Positions 26,354 to 37,381 are shown, counted from the first letter of the stretch. The stretch is 64,000 bases of DNA from Candidatus Multivoradales bacterium (GCA_965223855.1 CBDCXM010000009.1:2528001-2592000); one strand, 5' to 3'. Notes: a model not told the origin generated them from the letters alone. A program made the numbers and translations.

Positions 26354-29248
26354 TCAGGGCACTTCGACCAGCGGCTCGCTCTCGGCGCCTTCTGCGTAGG
26401 CCTCGACCGAATCGCAGGTGCAGATCAGGTTGCGATCGCCGAAGGCGTTGTCGATGCGGGCGACAGGGGGCCAGTACTTGCGCTCTCGCAGCCACGGGAG
26501 AGGGAAGCCCGCCTGACGTCGCGAGTAGGAATGGGTCCAGTCGTCGGAGGCGAGCTCACTCCCGGTGTGCGGTGCGTTCACGAGGACGTTGTCGTCGCGT
26601 GAGGCGCGACCTTCCTCGATCTCCCGGATCTCCTCGCGAATCGCGATCATGGCGTCGCAGAAGCGGTCCAGCTCTTCTCTGCTCTCGCTCTCGGTCGGCT
26701 CGATCATCATCGTCCCGGCGACCGGCCACGACATCGTCGGGGCGTGGAACCCGTAGTCGATCAGCCGCTTGGCCACATCTTCGACGCTCACCCCGGCGCT
26801 CTCCTTGAACGCTCTCAGATCGACGATGAACTCGTGCGCCACGAGGCCGTCGGCGCCGGTGTAGAGGATCGGGTAGTGCGGAGCGAGTCTCTTCGCCATG
26901 TAGTTGGCGTTGAGGATCGCGAGCTGGCTCGCGCGGGTGAGCCCGTCGGGGCCCATCATCGCGATGTACATCCACGGGATGGGTAGGATGCCGGGGCTCC
27001 CCCAGGGGGCTGCCGAGACCGGTCCGATCGCCGTCTCCGGGTTGGCGAGCATCGGATGGCCCGGAAGGAACGGGGCGAGCCTCTCGTTGACACAGATCGG
27101 CCCCATCCCGGGGCCGCCGCCGCCGTGGGGGATGCAGAAGGTCTTGTGGAGGTTGAGGTGGCACACGTCCGCCCCGTAGTCACCCGGCCGGCACAGCCCC
27201 ACCTGGGCGTTCATGTTCGCCCCGTCGAGATAGACGAGGCCGCCGTGCCGGTGCACGATCTCGCACACCTGCCGAATGGTCGCCTCGAAGATGCCGTGCG
27301 TCGACGGGTAGGTGATCATGAGCGCGCCGAGACTGCCGGCGTGCTCTTCGGCTTTGCGCTCGAGGTCTGCAACGTCGATGTTGCCCTGCTCGTCGCTCGC
27401 GACGGCGACGACGCGGAACCCGGCCATGACGGCGCTCGCGGGATTGGTGCCGTGCGCCGAGGTCGGGATCAGGCAGACGTCACGTTCCGCGTCGCCGGCG
27501 TCGAGATGGGCGGCTCGGATCGTCAGCAGCCCGGCGTACTCACCCTGAGAGCCGGCGTTAGGCTGCAGGGAGACGGCGGCGAAGCCGGTGATCTCGGCGA
27601 GCCAGCTCTCGAGGTCGTCGAAGAGTCTGGCGTAGCCGCGGGTGAGTTCCTGCGGAGCGAACGGATGCAGGTCGGCGAACTCGGGCCACGAGATCGGCAG
27701 CATCTCGGCCGCCGCGTTGAGTTTCATGGTGCACGACCCGAGCGGAATCATCGAGTGGGTCAGCGATACGTCGCGCTGCTGGAGCCGCATCAGGTAGCGC
27801 AGCATCTCGTGCTCGGAGTGGTACCGGTGGAAGACCTCGTGTTCGAGGAAGGGGGTGCTGCGGCCGAGCGCCTGCGGTAGCGCTTCGCTCACCGAGTCGA
27901 TCGTGTCCGACAGCGCGGCCGACGATTCGGCTTGCGGAGCCACGGCATCGAGGAGGCGCTCGAGCTCCGCGGCATCGGTTCGTTCGTCGAGGGCGATGCC
28001 GAGGGTCCTATCGCCGAAATCCCGCAGGTGGAAGCCGGCCTTGCGCGCCGCATCCCGAAAGGCCGCGGCATCGGACGGCCGTACTCTGAGGGTGTCGAAG
28101 AACGCTTCGTTCAGCACCTCGCAGCCGCGCCGCCGCAGCTCCGCAGCGAGCGCTGCGGCCGCCCGGTGGATGCGCTTCGCGATCGCGATCAGCCCTGCGG
28201 GCCCGTGATAGGCGGCGTAGAGACCGGCCAGGATCGCCAGCAGGACCTGCGCCGTGCAGATGTTGCTGGTCGCCTTCTCGCGACGGATGTGCTGCTCGCG
28301 CGTCTGTCTCGCCAGCCGCAGTGCAGGCCGTCCGTGACCGTCCTTCGAGATGCCGACGATGCGGCCCGGCAACAGCCGTTCGAGACGCTGACTGGTGGCC
28401 AGGAAGGCGGCATGCGGCCCGCCGAAGCCCATCGGCACTCCGAAGCGCTGCGACGAACCGACGGCGATCTCCGCCCCGAGCTCGCCCGGCGACTCGAGCA
28501 GCGTCAGTGCCATCAGATCGGTGGCGAGGATCGTCGGAACCCCCTGCTCGGCGGCGGCACGGATCGGACCGCGAGGGTCGCGGATCGTGCCGTCGGTGGC
28601 CGGATACTGGAGCAGGAGCCCCGAGACGTCCTCGTCGAAGGCGGTGTCCCAGGGATCGACCAGCTCGAGGTCGATGCCGAGCGAGTCGGCTCGGGTGGCG
28701 ACGACCGCCAGGGTCTGCGGGTGACACGCCCGGTCGGCGAGGAACCGCGATCGCTTGCCTCTCGCCAGTCCCCGGCAGATCTGCATCGCCTCGGCCGCTG
28801 CCGTCGCCTCGTCGAGCAGCGAGGCGTTGGCGACCGGAAGCCCGGTGAGATCGGCGATCAGGGTCTGGAAATTCAGCAGCGCCTCGAGCCGCCCCTGGGA
28901 GATCTCGGCCTGATATGGCGTGTACTGGGTATACCAGCCGGGATTCTCGAAGACGTTTCGCAGCAGGACCGCCGGAGTGATCGTGCCGTAGTAGCCGAGC
29001 CCGAGCAGCGAACGTTCGACCCGGTTCTCCCCCGCGATGTCGCGCAACGTCTCGAGAACCGAGCTCTCTGTCCTCGCCGGTGGGAGATCGAGCTCTTTGG
29101 TGACGGCGATGCTCGAGGGGACGACGGCCGCGGCGAGTGCCTCGAGCGACGGCACGCCGAGCAGCTCGAGCATTCTCTCGATGTCGTCGCGACCGGAGCC
29201 GAGGTGTCGATCGACGAACCGGTCCGGGTGGGGTAGAGGTGTGGACAT
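26354..29248 (-). CDS. gcvP: Glycine dehydrogenase (decarboxylating), single-chain P protein
   Basis: [47 protein letters not shown] and [18 protein letters not shown]. Confidence 0.97.
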   Translation of the reverse strand: MSTPLPHPDRFVDRHLGSGRDDIERMLELLGVPSLEALAAAVVPSSIAVTKELDLPPARTESSVLETLRDIAGENRVERSLLGLGYYGTITPAVLLRNVFENPGWYTQYTPYQAEISQGRLEALLNFQTLIADLTGLPVANASLLDEATAAAEAMQICRGLARGKRSRFLADRACHPQTLAVVATRADSLGIDLELVDPWDTAFDEDVSGLLLQYPATDGTIRDPRGPIRAAAEQGVPTILATDLMALTLLESPGELGAEIAVGSSQRFGVPMGFGGPHAAFLATSQRLERLLPGRIVGISKDGHGRPALRLARQTREQHIRREKATSNICTAQVLLAILAGLYAAYHGPAGLIAIAKRIHRAAAALAAELRRRGCEVLNEAFFDTLRVRPSDAAAFRDAARKAGFHLRDFGDRTLGIALDERTDAAELERLLDAVAPQAESSAALSDTIDSVSEALPQALGRSTPFLEHEVFHRYHSEHEMLRYLMRLQQRDVSLTHSMIPLGSCTMKLNAAAEMLPISWPEFADLHPFAPQELTRGYARLFDDLESWLAEITGFAAVSLQPNAGSQGEYAGLLTIRAAHLDAGDAERDVCLIPTSAHGTNPASAVMAGFRVVAVASDEQGNIDVADLERKAEEHAGSLGALMITYPSTHGIFEATIRQVCEIVHRHGGLVYLDGANMNAQVGLCRPGDYGADVCHLNLHKTFCIPHGGGGPGMGPICVNERLAPFLPGHPMLANPETAIGPVSAAPWGSPGILPIPWMYIAMMGPDGLTRASQLAILNANYMAKRLAPHYPILYTGADGLVAHEFIVDLRAFKESAGVSVEDVAKRLIDYGFHAPTMSWPVAGTMMIEPTESESREELDRFCDAMIAIREEIREIEEGRASRDDNVLVNAPHTGSELASDDWTHSYSRRQAGFPLPWLRERKYWPPVARIDNAFGDRNLICTCDSVEAYAEGAESEPLVEVP

Positions 29249-29466
29249 GCTGGTCTCTCCTGCTCGAGGTCGGCGGTGGATGGGTCGCTGGAAGGTGCCG
29301 TCGGCCGGCTCGCGACCGCCGGATTCTACCCGCATGAACGGGCTCGAGATCACGGCTCACCGCCGTGCTCACGAGGTGAGCTGCTTGCCGGGCTATAGTT
29401 CGAAGGACGGGTCCCGGTTGTCCGACCGCCGCGCCGGCGGATCGCTTCCAGCCCGTCGATCTCGAG

Positions 29467-30150
29467 ATGGCCGACCACGTCTATCGCCTGTTCCCGCTCA
29501 CCGGCATGCTTCTGCTGCCGGGCACCTTCCTGCCGCTCAACGTCTTCGAACCGCGCTACCGCAAGCTGGTCGAACGCGCCCTGGACGACGACCGGCGGAT
29601 CGGCATGATCCAGCCGACACGCCCGGCACCCGATCACCTCGGTCCGGGCAGCAGCGACCCGGAGAGCCCGGAACTCTACGACGTCGGCTGTCTTGGCGAG
29701 CTGGTCGAAAGCGAGCGCCAGGAGGACGGCCGCTACCTGATCGTCCTCAAGGGGCTGTCCCGATTCAGGGTCGTGAAGGAGCTCGAGCCGTCGGTCGGCG
29801 GCTATCGTCGGGTGGAAGGTGACATCGGAGGTTTCGAGCACGATGCGGACGAGTTGCAGGCCGACTTCGAGGTTGGAGAGATGCTCGCAGCGGCCGGCGA
29901 CTTCGGCCGGTCGGCCTCGCTCGACCTCGATGTCGATCTGCTCGCGTCTCTTCCTCCGGCGCAGGCGGTCAACGCGCTGGCGGCAGCCCTTCCTTTCGAG
30001 CCGGCGGAAAAGCAAGCACTGCTAGAGGCGGAGACGCCGCTCGCCCGTCGCGACCTGCTGGTCGAGTTGCTGCGCTTTGCGGTCGCACCCTCGAGCGGCA
30101 CCCCCGAGCCCCCGGAGGGCCGGCCCTACGAGCCGCCGCTCGTCAACTGA
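29467..30150 (+). CDS. Stand-alone Lon N-terminal substrate-binding domain protein
   Basis: LFPL...LLLPG..LPLNVFEPRY, DGRY.I.L.GLSRFR and EKQALLEA. Confidence 0.85.
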   Translation: MADHVYRLFPLTGMLLLPGTFLPLNVFEPRYRKLVERALDDDRRIGMIQPTRPAPDHLGPGSSDPESPELYDVGCLGELVESERQEDGRYLIVLKGLSRFRVVKELEPSVGGYRRVEGDIGGFEHDADELQADFEVGEMLAAAGDFGRSASLDLDVDLLASLPPAQAVNALAAALPFEPAEKQALLEAETPLARRDLLVELLRFAVAPSSGTPEPPEGRPYEPPLVN

Positions 30151-31106
30151 TCGCGGTAGAGGTCGCGGACCCAGTCGAGTTCCGCCGGGGTGAGCCCGGG
30201 CTCGATCCGGGTCGCCGCTGCCGCATGCCGCGGCTGTCGCATCCCCAGCAGGGCACAAGCCGCCGGCTCGTCGGCGACCACGGCACCGACCAGAGCCGAG
30301 AGCACGGGTTCCTCCCGGTCGGCGAAGCGTCTCTCCACCTCTGCGCGGCAGTGCACCAGGTGGGCGAGGAGCTCCCGGTCCTGGAACTCGTCTCTTCGCG
30401 AGCGGTGATCGCCGTCTTCGAACTGCGGCGGCTCCGTGTGGTTGCCGAGCAGGAGACCGTGCTGCAGTGGGGAGAAGAAGCAGGCGCCGGCTCCGGCACT
30501 GCGGACCCAGGATGCCAGACCGCTCGTCTCGTAGCTGTCCGCCAGGACGCTGCGATAGACCTGAACGACGTCCGGGTCGACCTTCTCCGCGTAGTGCGCG
30601 ACCCTCCCGTTGTCCCAGTCCGAGAGGCCGATCCAGCGGATCCGCCCGGCGTCGCGGTACTCGCGGAGCAGCTCCACGGCGGGCTCGAGGTAGCGATCGC
30701 CCGGGCCGAAGTTGCAGTGATGGAGGTAGAAGAGGTCGATCCACTCGGTGTCGAGGCGCTCGAAGGAGCCCTCGACCTGGCGGCGCATCTGCGCCGGCTC
30801 ATAGCCGTGCTCGGGCCCCATCTCCCAGCCGACCTTCGAGGCGAGAACGATCCTCTCGCGTGGCACTTCGGACCACAGCGAGCCGATCAGGCGCTCGGAG
30901 TGGCCGCTACCGTAGGCGTCGGCGGTGTCCCAGTGGTCGAGCCCGTTCTCCCACGCCGCCAGCAGGGCGCCTCGCGCCGCCTCGTCGTCCTGCGAACCCC
31001 AGCCGACGGCGTGCCGGCGCACGCTCTTCGGTCCGCTATGTCCCCAGGTTCCCACCGAGACTGCGGGGACGTCGAGTCCGGTTCTGCCGAGCGTGACTCT
31101 CTTCAT
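30126..31106 (-). CDS. Aldo/keto reductase
   Basis: LGRTGL.V..VSVGTW, DTADAYGSGHSE, SKVG, IDLFYLH and SPL..GLL. Confidence 0.9.
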   Translation of the reverse strand: MKRVTLGRTGLDVPAVSVGTWGHSGPKSVRRHAVGWGSQDDEAARGALLAAWENGLDHWDTADAYGSGHSERLIGSLWSEVPRERIVLASKVGWEMGPEHGYEPAQMRRQVEGSFERLDTEWIDLFYLHHCNFGPGDRYLEPAVELLREYRDAGRIRWIGLSDWDNGRVAHYAEKVDPDVVQVYRSVLADSYETSGLASWVRSAGAGACFFSPLQHGLLLGNHTEPPQFEDGDHRSRRDEFQDRELLAHLVHCRAEVERRFADREEPVLSALVGAVVADEPAACALLGMRQPRHAAAATRIEPGLTPAELDWVRDLYRDQLTSGGS

Positions 31107-31601
31107 TCGCGGGAGTCTACGAGATCGGAGGGAGAGCGCAGGTTCGTGTTGCGGGTTGGGCTCGCCGACTGCGCACGTGCGCCGGCAGTGCCAGGAGGCG
31201 ACTCCCGACGAGGTCTGAGGGTGTCTCGAACCACTGGCGGCTCTCGAGGTTCGGCGTGAAGGGCTTCCGGGTAGGGCGGGCCTGAACTGTGGCGTTGTGG
31301 CGGGCCCGCACCTTGCGGTTGGCGGCGCGCTCGGTCGGGTTTTGTCGAGGCCGGCCCGTGCAGCCCTACCCGAGCCGTACTCGGAAGGCGACGGTGGATC
31401 ACAGGGTGCCCCGCCTTGGATCCTTGCGGTTGGTGGCAGCCTCAGCCGTCCGGAGCCGATCGTCAGGTGGCTCGTGGAGGAGTGGCCGCAGGGGACCCCG
31501 AAACGGGAACCGCGCTTCGGCCGCCGAAGCTCGAGGCGGCATCGACCGACTCCGGAATACATTGTGCGCCCCAGGTGGTTCTGGCAGGATCGACGGCCCG
31601 C

Positions 31602-32450
31602 ATGAGTGAATTCGGCGACTACCAGCTCGACCCTCTCGAGGAACGGGGCACGATCGACCTGGCCGAGGAGGCCGGGGGAGTCCGTCGCCGTCGTCGGTGG
31701 CCGTGGTGGTTGCTGCTGGCGCTGCTGATCGCCGCCATCGGTGGATGGGCGTACTGGAAGTATCGACCTCAGGAGACCGAGGCGAGTCCTCCTCCCGCCG
31801 TCACTCGGCCGGAGCCGGCCGAGCCCGCCGCGGAGCCGGAAGAACCGGTCGATTTGCCGGAGCTGGCGGAGAGCGACCCGTTCCTGCGGGACGTCGTCGG
31901 CCAGCTGTCGGAGCATCCGCAGCTCGCCGCGTGGCTGGTGAACGACGAGCTGGCGGGCCGACTGGTGGCGGCGGTCGTCAACATTGCCGAAGGCGAGAGT
32001 CCCAGGTCTCACCTGCCGTTCCTCGCTGCCGAGGAGGAATTCGAGGTCGAGCGCCTCGGTGACCGCATCGTTCCCGCGCCCTCGACCTACGCCCGCTACG
32101 ACCGACTGACCGCGGTAGTGACGTCGCTCCACGCCGACGGCACGGCTCGTCTCTATCGGGCCGTTCGGCCGTTGCTCGACGAGGCCTATCGCAACCTCGG
32201 CTACCCGGACGGTTCGTTCGACGACGTCGCCGCCCGAGCGGTCAGAGTGCTGCTGGAGACTCCGATCGTCGAAGATCCGGAACTCGTCGAGTTCGCCTCG
32301 AGCTACAAGTACGCCGACCCCGCGCTCGAGGGGCTCGATCCCGCGCAGGGGCACTTTCTGCGCTTCGGTCCGGACAATCTGCGGGCGATCCAGGCGCGGG
32401 TGCGTCAGATCGCTCGCCGGGCCGGCATCGAAGTGCCGGCAGAGCGCTGA
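31602..32450 (+). CDS. DUF3014 domain protein
   Basis: N-terminal TM; YARYD, PLLDEAYRNLGYP, YKYADPALEGL..AQ..LRFGP. Confidence 0.85.
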   Translation: MSEFGDYQLDPLEERGTIDLAEEAGGVRRRRRWPWWLLLALLIAAIGGWAYWKYRPQETEASPPPAVTRPEPAEPAAEPEEPVDLPELAESDPFLRDVVGQLSEHPQLAAWLVNDELAGRLVAAVVNIAEGESPRSHLPFLAAEEEFEVERLGDRIVPAPSTYARYDRLTAVVTSLHADGTARLYRAVRPLLDEAYRNLGYPDGSFDDVAARAVRVLLETPIVEDPELVEFASSYKYADPALEGLDPAQGHFLRFGPDNLRAIQARVRQIARRAGIEVPAER

Positions 32451-32464
32451 CGCAGGCTGCGCGC

Positions 32465-33115
32465 TCAGCGCAGCAGGAAGCCGCCCCGGCGAGCCCACCG
32501 GGCCAGGAGCGCGTGCGTCGGCAGGTAGAGAACCAGCGGATAGAGGACGATGCAGGCGAGGACCCAGCCGGCCGGGGGCAGCAGCGTCTGCTCGATGCCG
32601 AACGGTCGGTAGATCCAATTGAGATTGAGCTCGGGATCGGTCAGCAGGCAGGCGGGAAGCAGAACGGCGGTGATCGCCGCCTGGAGCCTCCATCCTCTCG
32701 GATCGTAGCCGCGGCGGCGCACCGCCCAGAGAACGAGGAGCGGCACCCAGACGTGGAAGGTCGACAGCGCTCGGACCAGCACGGCCTCCGCCGGGTCGAA
32801 CATGTACTCCGTGCCGCCGATCGGGTGAAAGCCCATCAGGATCCGACCCAGCACGTCGAGGATCCAGACGCACTGGATGATGAGAATGCCGGTGGCCTGC
32901 GAGGAGAAGAGCAGCGCCGAGCCACTCCACACGGCCAGTAGCAGCACGAAGTTGGCCACGTCGCAAAGCCACAGGAAGTTCGCGGGGCCGACGATCTGGA
33001 AGATGGTCGTCGTCCATACGATCATCCACGCGGTGTAGCCGTAGCGAATCCAGGCCGGAATCGCTCCCGGTGTGAAGCGCGGCCCTCCGGCCTCGTCCGA
33101 CGTTCCGCCCGTCAC
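32465..33115 (-). CDS. Hypothetical integral membrane protein
   Basis: Multiple TM segments; NFLWLCD, GGTEYMFD and NLNW. Start approximate. Confidence 0.7.
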   Translation of the reverse strand: MTGGTSDEAGGPRFTPGAIPAWIRYGYTAWMIVWTTTIFQIVGPANFLWLCDVANFVLLLAVWSGSALLFSSQATGILIIQCVWILDVLGRILMGFHPIGGTEYMFDPAEAVLVRALSTFHVWVPLLVLWAVRRRGYDPRGWRLQAAITAVLLPACLLTDPELNLNWIYRPFGIEQTLLPPAGWVLACIVLYPLVLYLPTHALLARWARRGGFLLR

Positions 33116-33122
33116 TTCGCCG

Positions 33123-33437
33123 TCACTCCGCCCGCTCGTCGAGCTCGTCGACGACCCTTCGGATGGCGCGGAGCTTCTCGAGCTGACCGAGCCGGAATCC
33201 GGAGTGCACGGCGACGGCGAGAATGCCGAGGGTGAAGACGGTCTGGGGCGTTGCGCCCACGGCCAGCTGCGGTCCGGCGTCGCCATGGAGCGCCACGAGG
33301 ACGACGATCGCGGCCCAGTCGAAGCCGATGACCCACCGGCATCGCCGTATCGCCGCGTCTAGAGCCTCGCTCCCTTCGGAACGCAGCCCACCCACGTCCT
33401 CGAGGAGGATCGATCGCACGGCGCGGAGTCGCAGCAT
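33123..33437 (-). CDS. Small hypothetical membrane protein
   Basis: Two hydrophobic segments; tightly packed in a minus-strand gene run. Confidence 0.55.
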   Translation of the reverse strand: MLRLRAVRSILLEDVGGLRSEGSEALDAAIRRCRWVIGFDWAAIVVLVALHGDAGPQLAVGATPQTVFTLGILAVAVHSGFRLGQLEKLRAIRRVVDELDERAE

Positions 33438-33448
33438 TGCGGGCGAGC

Positions 33449-34189
33449 CTACCGGACTCGAAGCCCGTTCGAGGTCAGAGTCGCGGCTACCGGTCCCAGG
33501 TCGGGCCTCTTGCAGTCGACTTCGAGGTCGAGCGAGCCGCCGTCGTCGATGAGGTCGCCGCCTGCGAGGAGAGCCATGGCGGTCAGGGGCTCGTCGCAGT
33601 CGACCGGGACCGAGGCGACGGCGAGTCGGGCGAGTGCTGCCTCGTCGAGGCGCTGGCGGCTGACGGCGAGGGCGATCCCGTCAAGGTCGCGCGCATCGAT
33701 ACCGGCCTCGCGAAGGTGCTCTTCGGTGATGCAGTCGCCGGCGTCACCGTCCAGGGCATAGGCGGTCTCGAGCCCCAACGGGTCGAAGGAGGTCGTCGCC
33801 AGCCCGTGGCGCCCCAGCAGGCGAAGAGTCGCCGGAGCGACGAGTACCGGCAGCAGTCGGGGTCCGTGGATCTTGAGACTGAGGGTTCCCTCGAGCCTCC
33901 CGAGCGGCCGCGTGGCGAGCGATCGAAGGGCCGCGACGATGCGGGCGTGCGGGAGGTCGCGGAGGCGCAGCACAGACGGCTCCTCGATCCGCAGTCGCGC
34001 CTCTTCCCCGAACGAGAGCTCGAGCGCGGAATTCCGTGATCGGACCGCTCCGCCGCCTTCCTTGACGGCAGCGCTGACGGCGGCGAAGAACTCGAGCCGC
34101 CTGCGTGCGGCGCGCCGCCGCAGCAGCTCGACGGCGACGGCGACGACCAGCACGGTCAGCGCGAGGACGCCGATGCCGGCTGGGCTCAT
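33449..34189 (-). CDS. Hypothetical protein with N-terminal membrane anchor
   Basis: ATG 34189 (MSPAGIGVLALTVLVVAV...) lies 17 bp after the antiporter stop. Confidence 0.55.
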   Translation of the reverse strand: MSPAGIGVLALTVLVVAVAVELLRRRAARRRLEFFAAVSAAVKEGGGAVRSRNSALELSFGEEARLRIEEPSVLRLRDLPHARIVAALRSLATRPLGRLEGTLSLKIHGPRLLPVLVAPATLRLLGRHGLATTSFDPLGLETAYALDGDAGDCITEEHLREAGIDARDLDGIALAVSRQRLDEAALARLAVASVPVDCDEPLTAMALLAGGDLIDDGGSLDLEVDCKRPDLGPVAATLTSNGLRVR

Positions 34190-34206
34190 CGCGGACCGTC
34201 CGAGCG

Positions 34207-36087
34207 TCAGGCGGGAGCGATCGGTTCGGTGTCGGAGGCGGGGCTCATGTCGTGCGCCTCGAGCCAGGCGCTCGCCTCGGCATGGGTGCGCTCGATCACC
34301 GCGACCCACAGAAGCTCCCCCTTCTTGAGGCGGGTGCGGTCGTCGAACAGCCGGCGGCGCTCGTCGCTGCCGCAGGTCAGCGGCAGGATGAGGTCGCGAG
34401 GATCGGTCGTGTCGCCTTCCTCGCGCTTCATCGGGTCGGTCTCGCGGTCGGCCTTCCAGATCTGAAGCGTCGCGTCCCCGCGGGCGAAGCGCGTCGACCA
34501 GTGGTCGATCGTCCGCGGAGCGCCGAAGAGCACTCGTGCCTCCAACTCGTGCAACATCGCCTCGTGGACGCTCTCGTGCCCTCTCCTCAGGGCGATCCAC
34601 AGGCGCGGCATCTTGAATCGATCCCTGGCGTGTCGGGCGAAGAGAAAGTTGATCTCCTCGTTTGGCGTCACCGCGATACAACCTGCTCTCGACTCGATCT
34701 GCGCGCGTGCCATCACGCTTTCCTTGAGGGCGTTGCCAAAGAGCACCCGGAAGCCCTCGGCCTCGGCCGCTTTGCAGGCATCGGGGTTCGAGTCGAGGAA
34801 CAGCACTTCGTGGCGCGGTGAGCGCAGCAACCTTCCGATCTGTCGACCGATCGGGCCGGCCCCGAGGATGACGTAGCCGGAGTTCGAGGGCAGTCGGAGA
34901 CCGAGCAGTCTGGCGATGCCGCCGCCGGTGAGTCCCTGGAGGAGCACCGTGCACGCGATCACCAGGAAGACGAGCGCCCGGAGCTGGGAGGCTTCTGCAA
35001 CACCGTGCTCCGCGAGCCGCTCGGCGAAGAGGGAGGCGATCGCCGCCGCGACGATGCCGCGCGGCGCGATCCAGGAGAGAAACGCCTTCTCCTTGAGGGA
35101 GACCGTCGACCGCAGCGTCGACGCGGCGACGTTCAGCGGCCTTACGAGGAACATGAGAGCTGCGACCGTGGCGAGCCCCCGCCATCCGAGCTGCTCCACC
35201 TCCTCGATGCGCACGTCGGCGGCCAGGAGTACGAAGAGCATGCCGATCAGCAGGGTCGAGAGCTCTTCCTTGAACTCGCGCAGGTCGTCGAGCGCCCGGG
35301 TGCGGATGTTGCCGACCACGAGGCCCGCCAGGGTGATGGAGACCAGGCCGCTTTCGGACAGCACTTCGTTGCTGAACTGAAAGACGAGCAGTACCGCCGC
35401 CAGGATGAGCATCTTCTCGAGCCCTTCCGGGATCGTCCGGTGGAGCTTGAGCAGGCCGCCGATGAGGAAGCCGAAGGCGACCCCGATCACCGCGCCGAAG
35501 GCGAAACGCAGGAACAGTTCTTCGAAGGCGTGGCCGAGGCCGACCTCGGCGAGCGCGACCTCGAGGGCGACGACCGCCAGGATGGCGCCGACGGCGTCGA
35601 TCAGCACCCCTTCCGCTTCGAGGATCGTCGAGACCCGCCGCTGCACCCTGAGTCGCCGCATCAGCGGGTTGACGACCGTGGGCCCGGTCACGATGACGAG
35701 GCTGCCGAAGAGAATCGCGAGACGCCACGGCCAGCCCATGATCCAGTGGGCCGCCAGTGCCCCGCCCGCCCAGGTGACGAGTGCACCGATCGTGATCAGC
35801 CCGCGGATGCTGGTCGCCGATCTTCGGACGCGCTTGAGATCGAGGCTCATGCCGCCGTCGAAGAGAATCACTGCGACCGCGAAGCCGACGAGCATCTCGA
35901 GGAGCTCTCCCAGCAGGCCGGGCCGGACTACATTGGCGCCGTCGGGGCCCAGGAGAACTCCGGTTCCCAGCAGGAGGACGATACCCGGCAGGCGGAGGTG
36001 ACGCGCCAGGGCATGAGCCACCATGCCGGCAGCCAGGGCGAGCGAAAGGGTGAGCGCGGAGGAGTCCAGATCGACGGGCCAGTGCAT
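34207..36087 (-). CDS. CPA1/NhaP-type cation:proton antiporter with TrkA-N (RCK) domain
   Basis: ILFDGG, VTGPTVV, EGVLID, APRGIVAAA and ILGAGPIG. Confidence 0.9.
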   Translation of the reverse strand: MHWPVDLDSSALTLSLALAAGMVAHALARHLRLPGIVLLLGTGVLLGPDGANVVRPGLLGELLEMLVGFAVAVILFDGGMSLDLKRVRRSATSIRGLITIGALVTWAGGALAAHWIMGWPWRLAILFGSLVIVTGPTVVNPLMRRLRVQRRVSTILEAEGVLIDAVGAILAVVALEVALAEVGLGHAFEELFLRFAFGAVIGVAFGFLIGGLLKLHRTIPEGLEKMLILAAVLLVFQFSNEVLSESGLVSITLAGLVVGNIRTRALDDLREFKEELSTLLIGMLFVLLAADVRIEEVEQLGWRGLATVAALMFLVRPLNVAASTLRSTVSLKEKAFLSWIAPRGIVAAAIASLFAERLAEHGVAEASQLRALVFLVIACTVLLQGLTGGGIARLLGLRLPSNSGYVILGAGPIGRQIGRLLRSPRHEVLFLDSNPDACKAAEAEGFRVLFGNALKESVMARAQIESRAGCIAVTPNEEINFLFARHARDRFKMPRLWIALRRGHESVHEAMLHELEARVLFGAPRTIDHWSTRFARGDATLQIWKADRETDPMKREEGDTTDPRDLILPLTCGSDERRRLFDDRTRLKKGELLWVAVIERTHAEASAWLEAHDMSPASDTEPIAPA

Positions 36088-36182
36088 GACGGTGCGGAGA
36101 ATACCGAAAAGTCGCTGAAACCTTTTTCCGGCAGAGCACGTCGTTAGGGGCAGAGCGTCAACGAGAAACGAGGAGACCAACC

Positions 36183-36749
36183 ATGAAGCGCAATATCCCC
36201 CATCGCAGTTTCGTCCTCGCCGTCGGCCTGCTTCTGGCAGCCGGCGTCGCCACCGCCGACTCCGACCTGTGGCTGCACGTCAAGGTCGACGAGGCGGGCG
36301 GAGCCAACGTCGTCGTCAACCTGCCGATCAGCCTGGTCGAGAAGGCGCTGCCGATGATTCCGGTCGACGAATGGAACGACGGCCACATCCACTTCGACGG
36401 CGACGTCGATTGGACGCTTTCCGACTTCCGGGAGCTCTGGTTCGAAGTGCGGGACGCCCCGGACATGACCTTCGTTACCGTCAAAGACCGCGGCGACGAC
36501 GTCAGGGTTTGGAAGGAAGACGGTTACCTGCGTGTGCGGGTGCTCGAGGACGACGGCCGGGATGCCGAAGTCAACGTCCAGATTCCCGCACGGGTGGTGG
36601 ACGCGCTGCTCAGCGGTGACGACAACCAGGTCAATGTGCGGGCGGCGATCGAAGCGCTGGTCGACGAGGGTGAGGGTGAGTTGGTGACCGTCAACGATTC
36701 CGACGACCGGGTGCGAGTCTGGGTCGATCGGATCGCGGAGGCGGAGTAA
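36183..36749 (+). CDS. Hypothetical secreted protein
   Basis: Signal peptide; internal duplication (V.VNLP..LV / V.VQIP..VV; VTV.D..D.VRVW x2); AGGAG RBS. Confidence 0.75.
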   Translation: MKRNIPHRSFVLAVGLLLAAGVATADSDLWLHVKVDEAGGANVVVNLPISLVEKALPMIPVDEWNDGHIHFDGDVDWTLSDFRELWFEVRDAPDMTFVTVKDRGDDVRVWKEDGYLRVRVLEDDGRDAEVNVQIPARVVDALLSGDDNQVNVRAAIEALVDEGEGELVTVNDSDDRVRVWVDRIAEAE

Positions 36750-36752
36750 GCC

Positions 36753-37229
36753 ATGACCCGCGGACAACGATGGCTGACCTACGCCGCGGCGGCGTTCGCC
36801 GTCGTGGTGCTGGGCTGGGCGGCGATCTTCGCGACCGTCTATGTGCTCGGTGGGGTCGGAACCGTGAGCGTGGTGTCGCACGAAGACGACTTCCGATTCA
36901 AGGCACCGATCCCCATGGCACTCGTGCACGCAGCCGCCACGACGGCACGGAGCACCCAGGTCTTCTCGCTCGACGATCTCGAAGTGGAACTCCAAGGGGA
37001 GTTCGGCGATCTAGGCGAGTGGGGCGGGATGGTGGTCGAGATGCTCGAAGCTCTCGATGACGTTCCGAACGGCACCACCTTCGTCTCGGTTCAGGACGGC
37101 GACGACCGGGTAAGGGTGTCCAAGGAGCGCGGCAAGTTCCGTGTCGAGGTCGACAACCCCGACATCTCGGTGCGAGTCGCCGTGCCGACGAGAAGCGTGG
37201 TCCGGACCGTTTCTGCGCTCGTCGACTAG
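36753..37229 (+). CDS. Hypothetical membrane-anchored protein resembling the upstream gene
   Basis: TM anchor; PNGTTFVSVQDGDDRVRV matches PDMTFVTVKDRGDDVRV upstream. Confidence 0.7.
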   Translation: MTRGQRWLTYAAAAFAVVVLGWAAIFATVYVLGGVGTVSVVSHEDDFRFKAPIPMALVHAAATTARSTQVFSLDDLEVELQGEFGDLGEWGGMVVEMLEALDDVPNGTTFVSVQDGDDRVRVSKERGKFRVEVDNPDISVRVAVPTRSVVRTVSALVD

Positions 37230-37264
37230 CGCACCCAGGGCGAATCCGGCCGGTGGCCGGAGAG

Positions 37265-37299
37265 CGGGCCGGGGCCTTCGGGCTCCGGCCCGTCTGTTT
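37265..37299 (+). terminator. Hairpin terminator with cUUCGg loop
   Basis: CGGGCCGGGGCC-TTCG-GGCTCCGGCCCG followed by TCTGTTT. Confidence 0.6.
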
Positions 37300-37381
37300 C
37301 CGAGCCGAGCCACTGCCGTCGCGGGTCCTCCCGCGCTACACTCCTCGGCCTCCCGAGACGTCAGGTCTCCGGAGGCGCCTC

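Noticed and set aside
29249-29466. Glycine riboswitch upstream of gcvP
   Set aside because: No aptamer core (GGAGA...CCGAAG...CTCAGG) seen; the GGAGAG present is the RBS.
30126-33029. Apparent giant fusion ORFs (967 aa here; also 33449-36139, 56478-59834, 20358-22475, 9238-10476)
   Set aside because: Only the C-terminal part of each is a real gene; the extensions overlap other genuine genes in different frames or strands.
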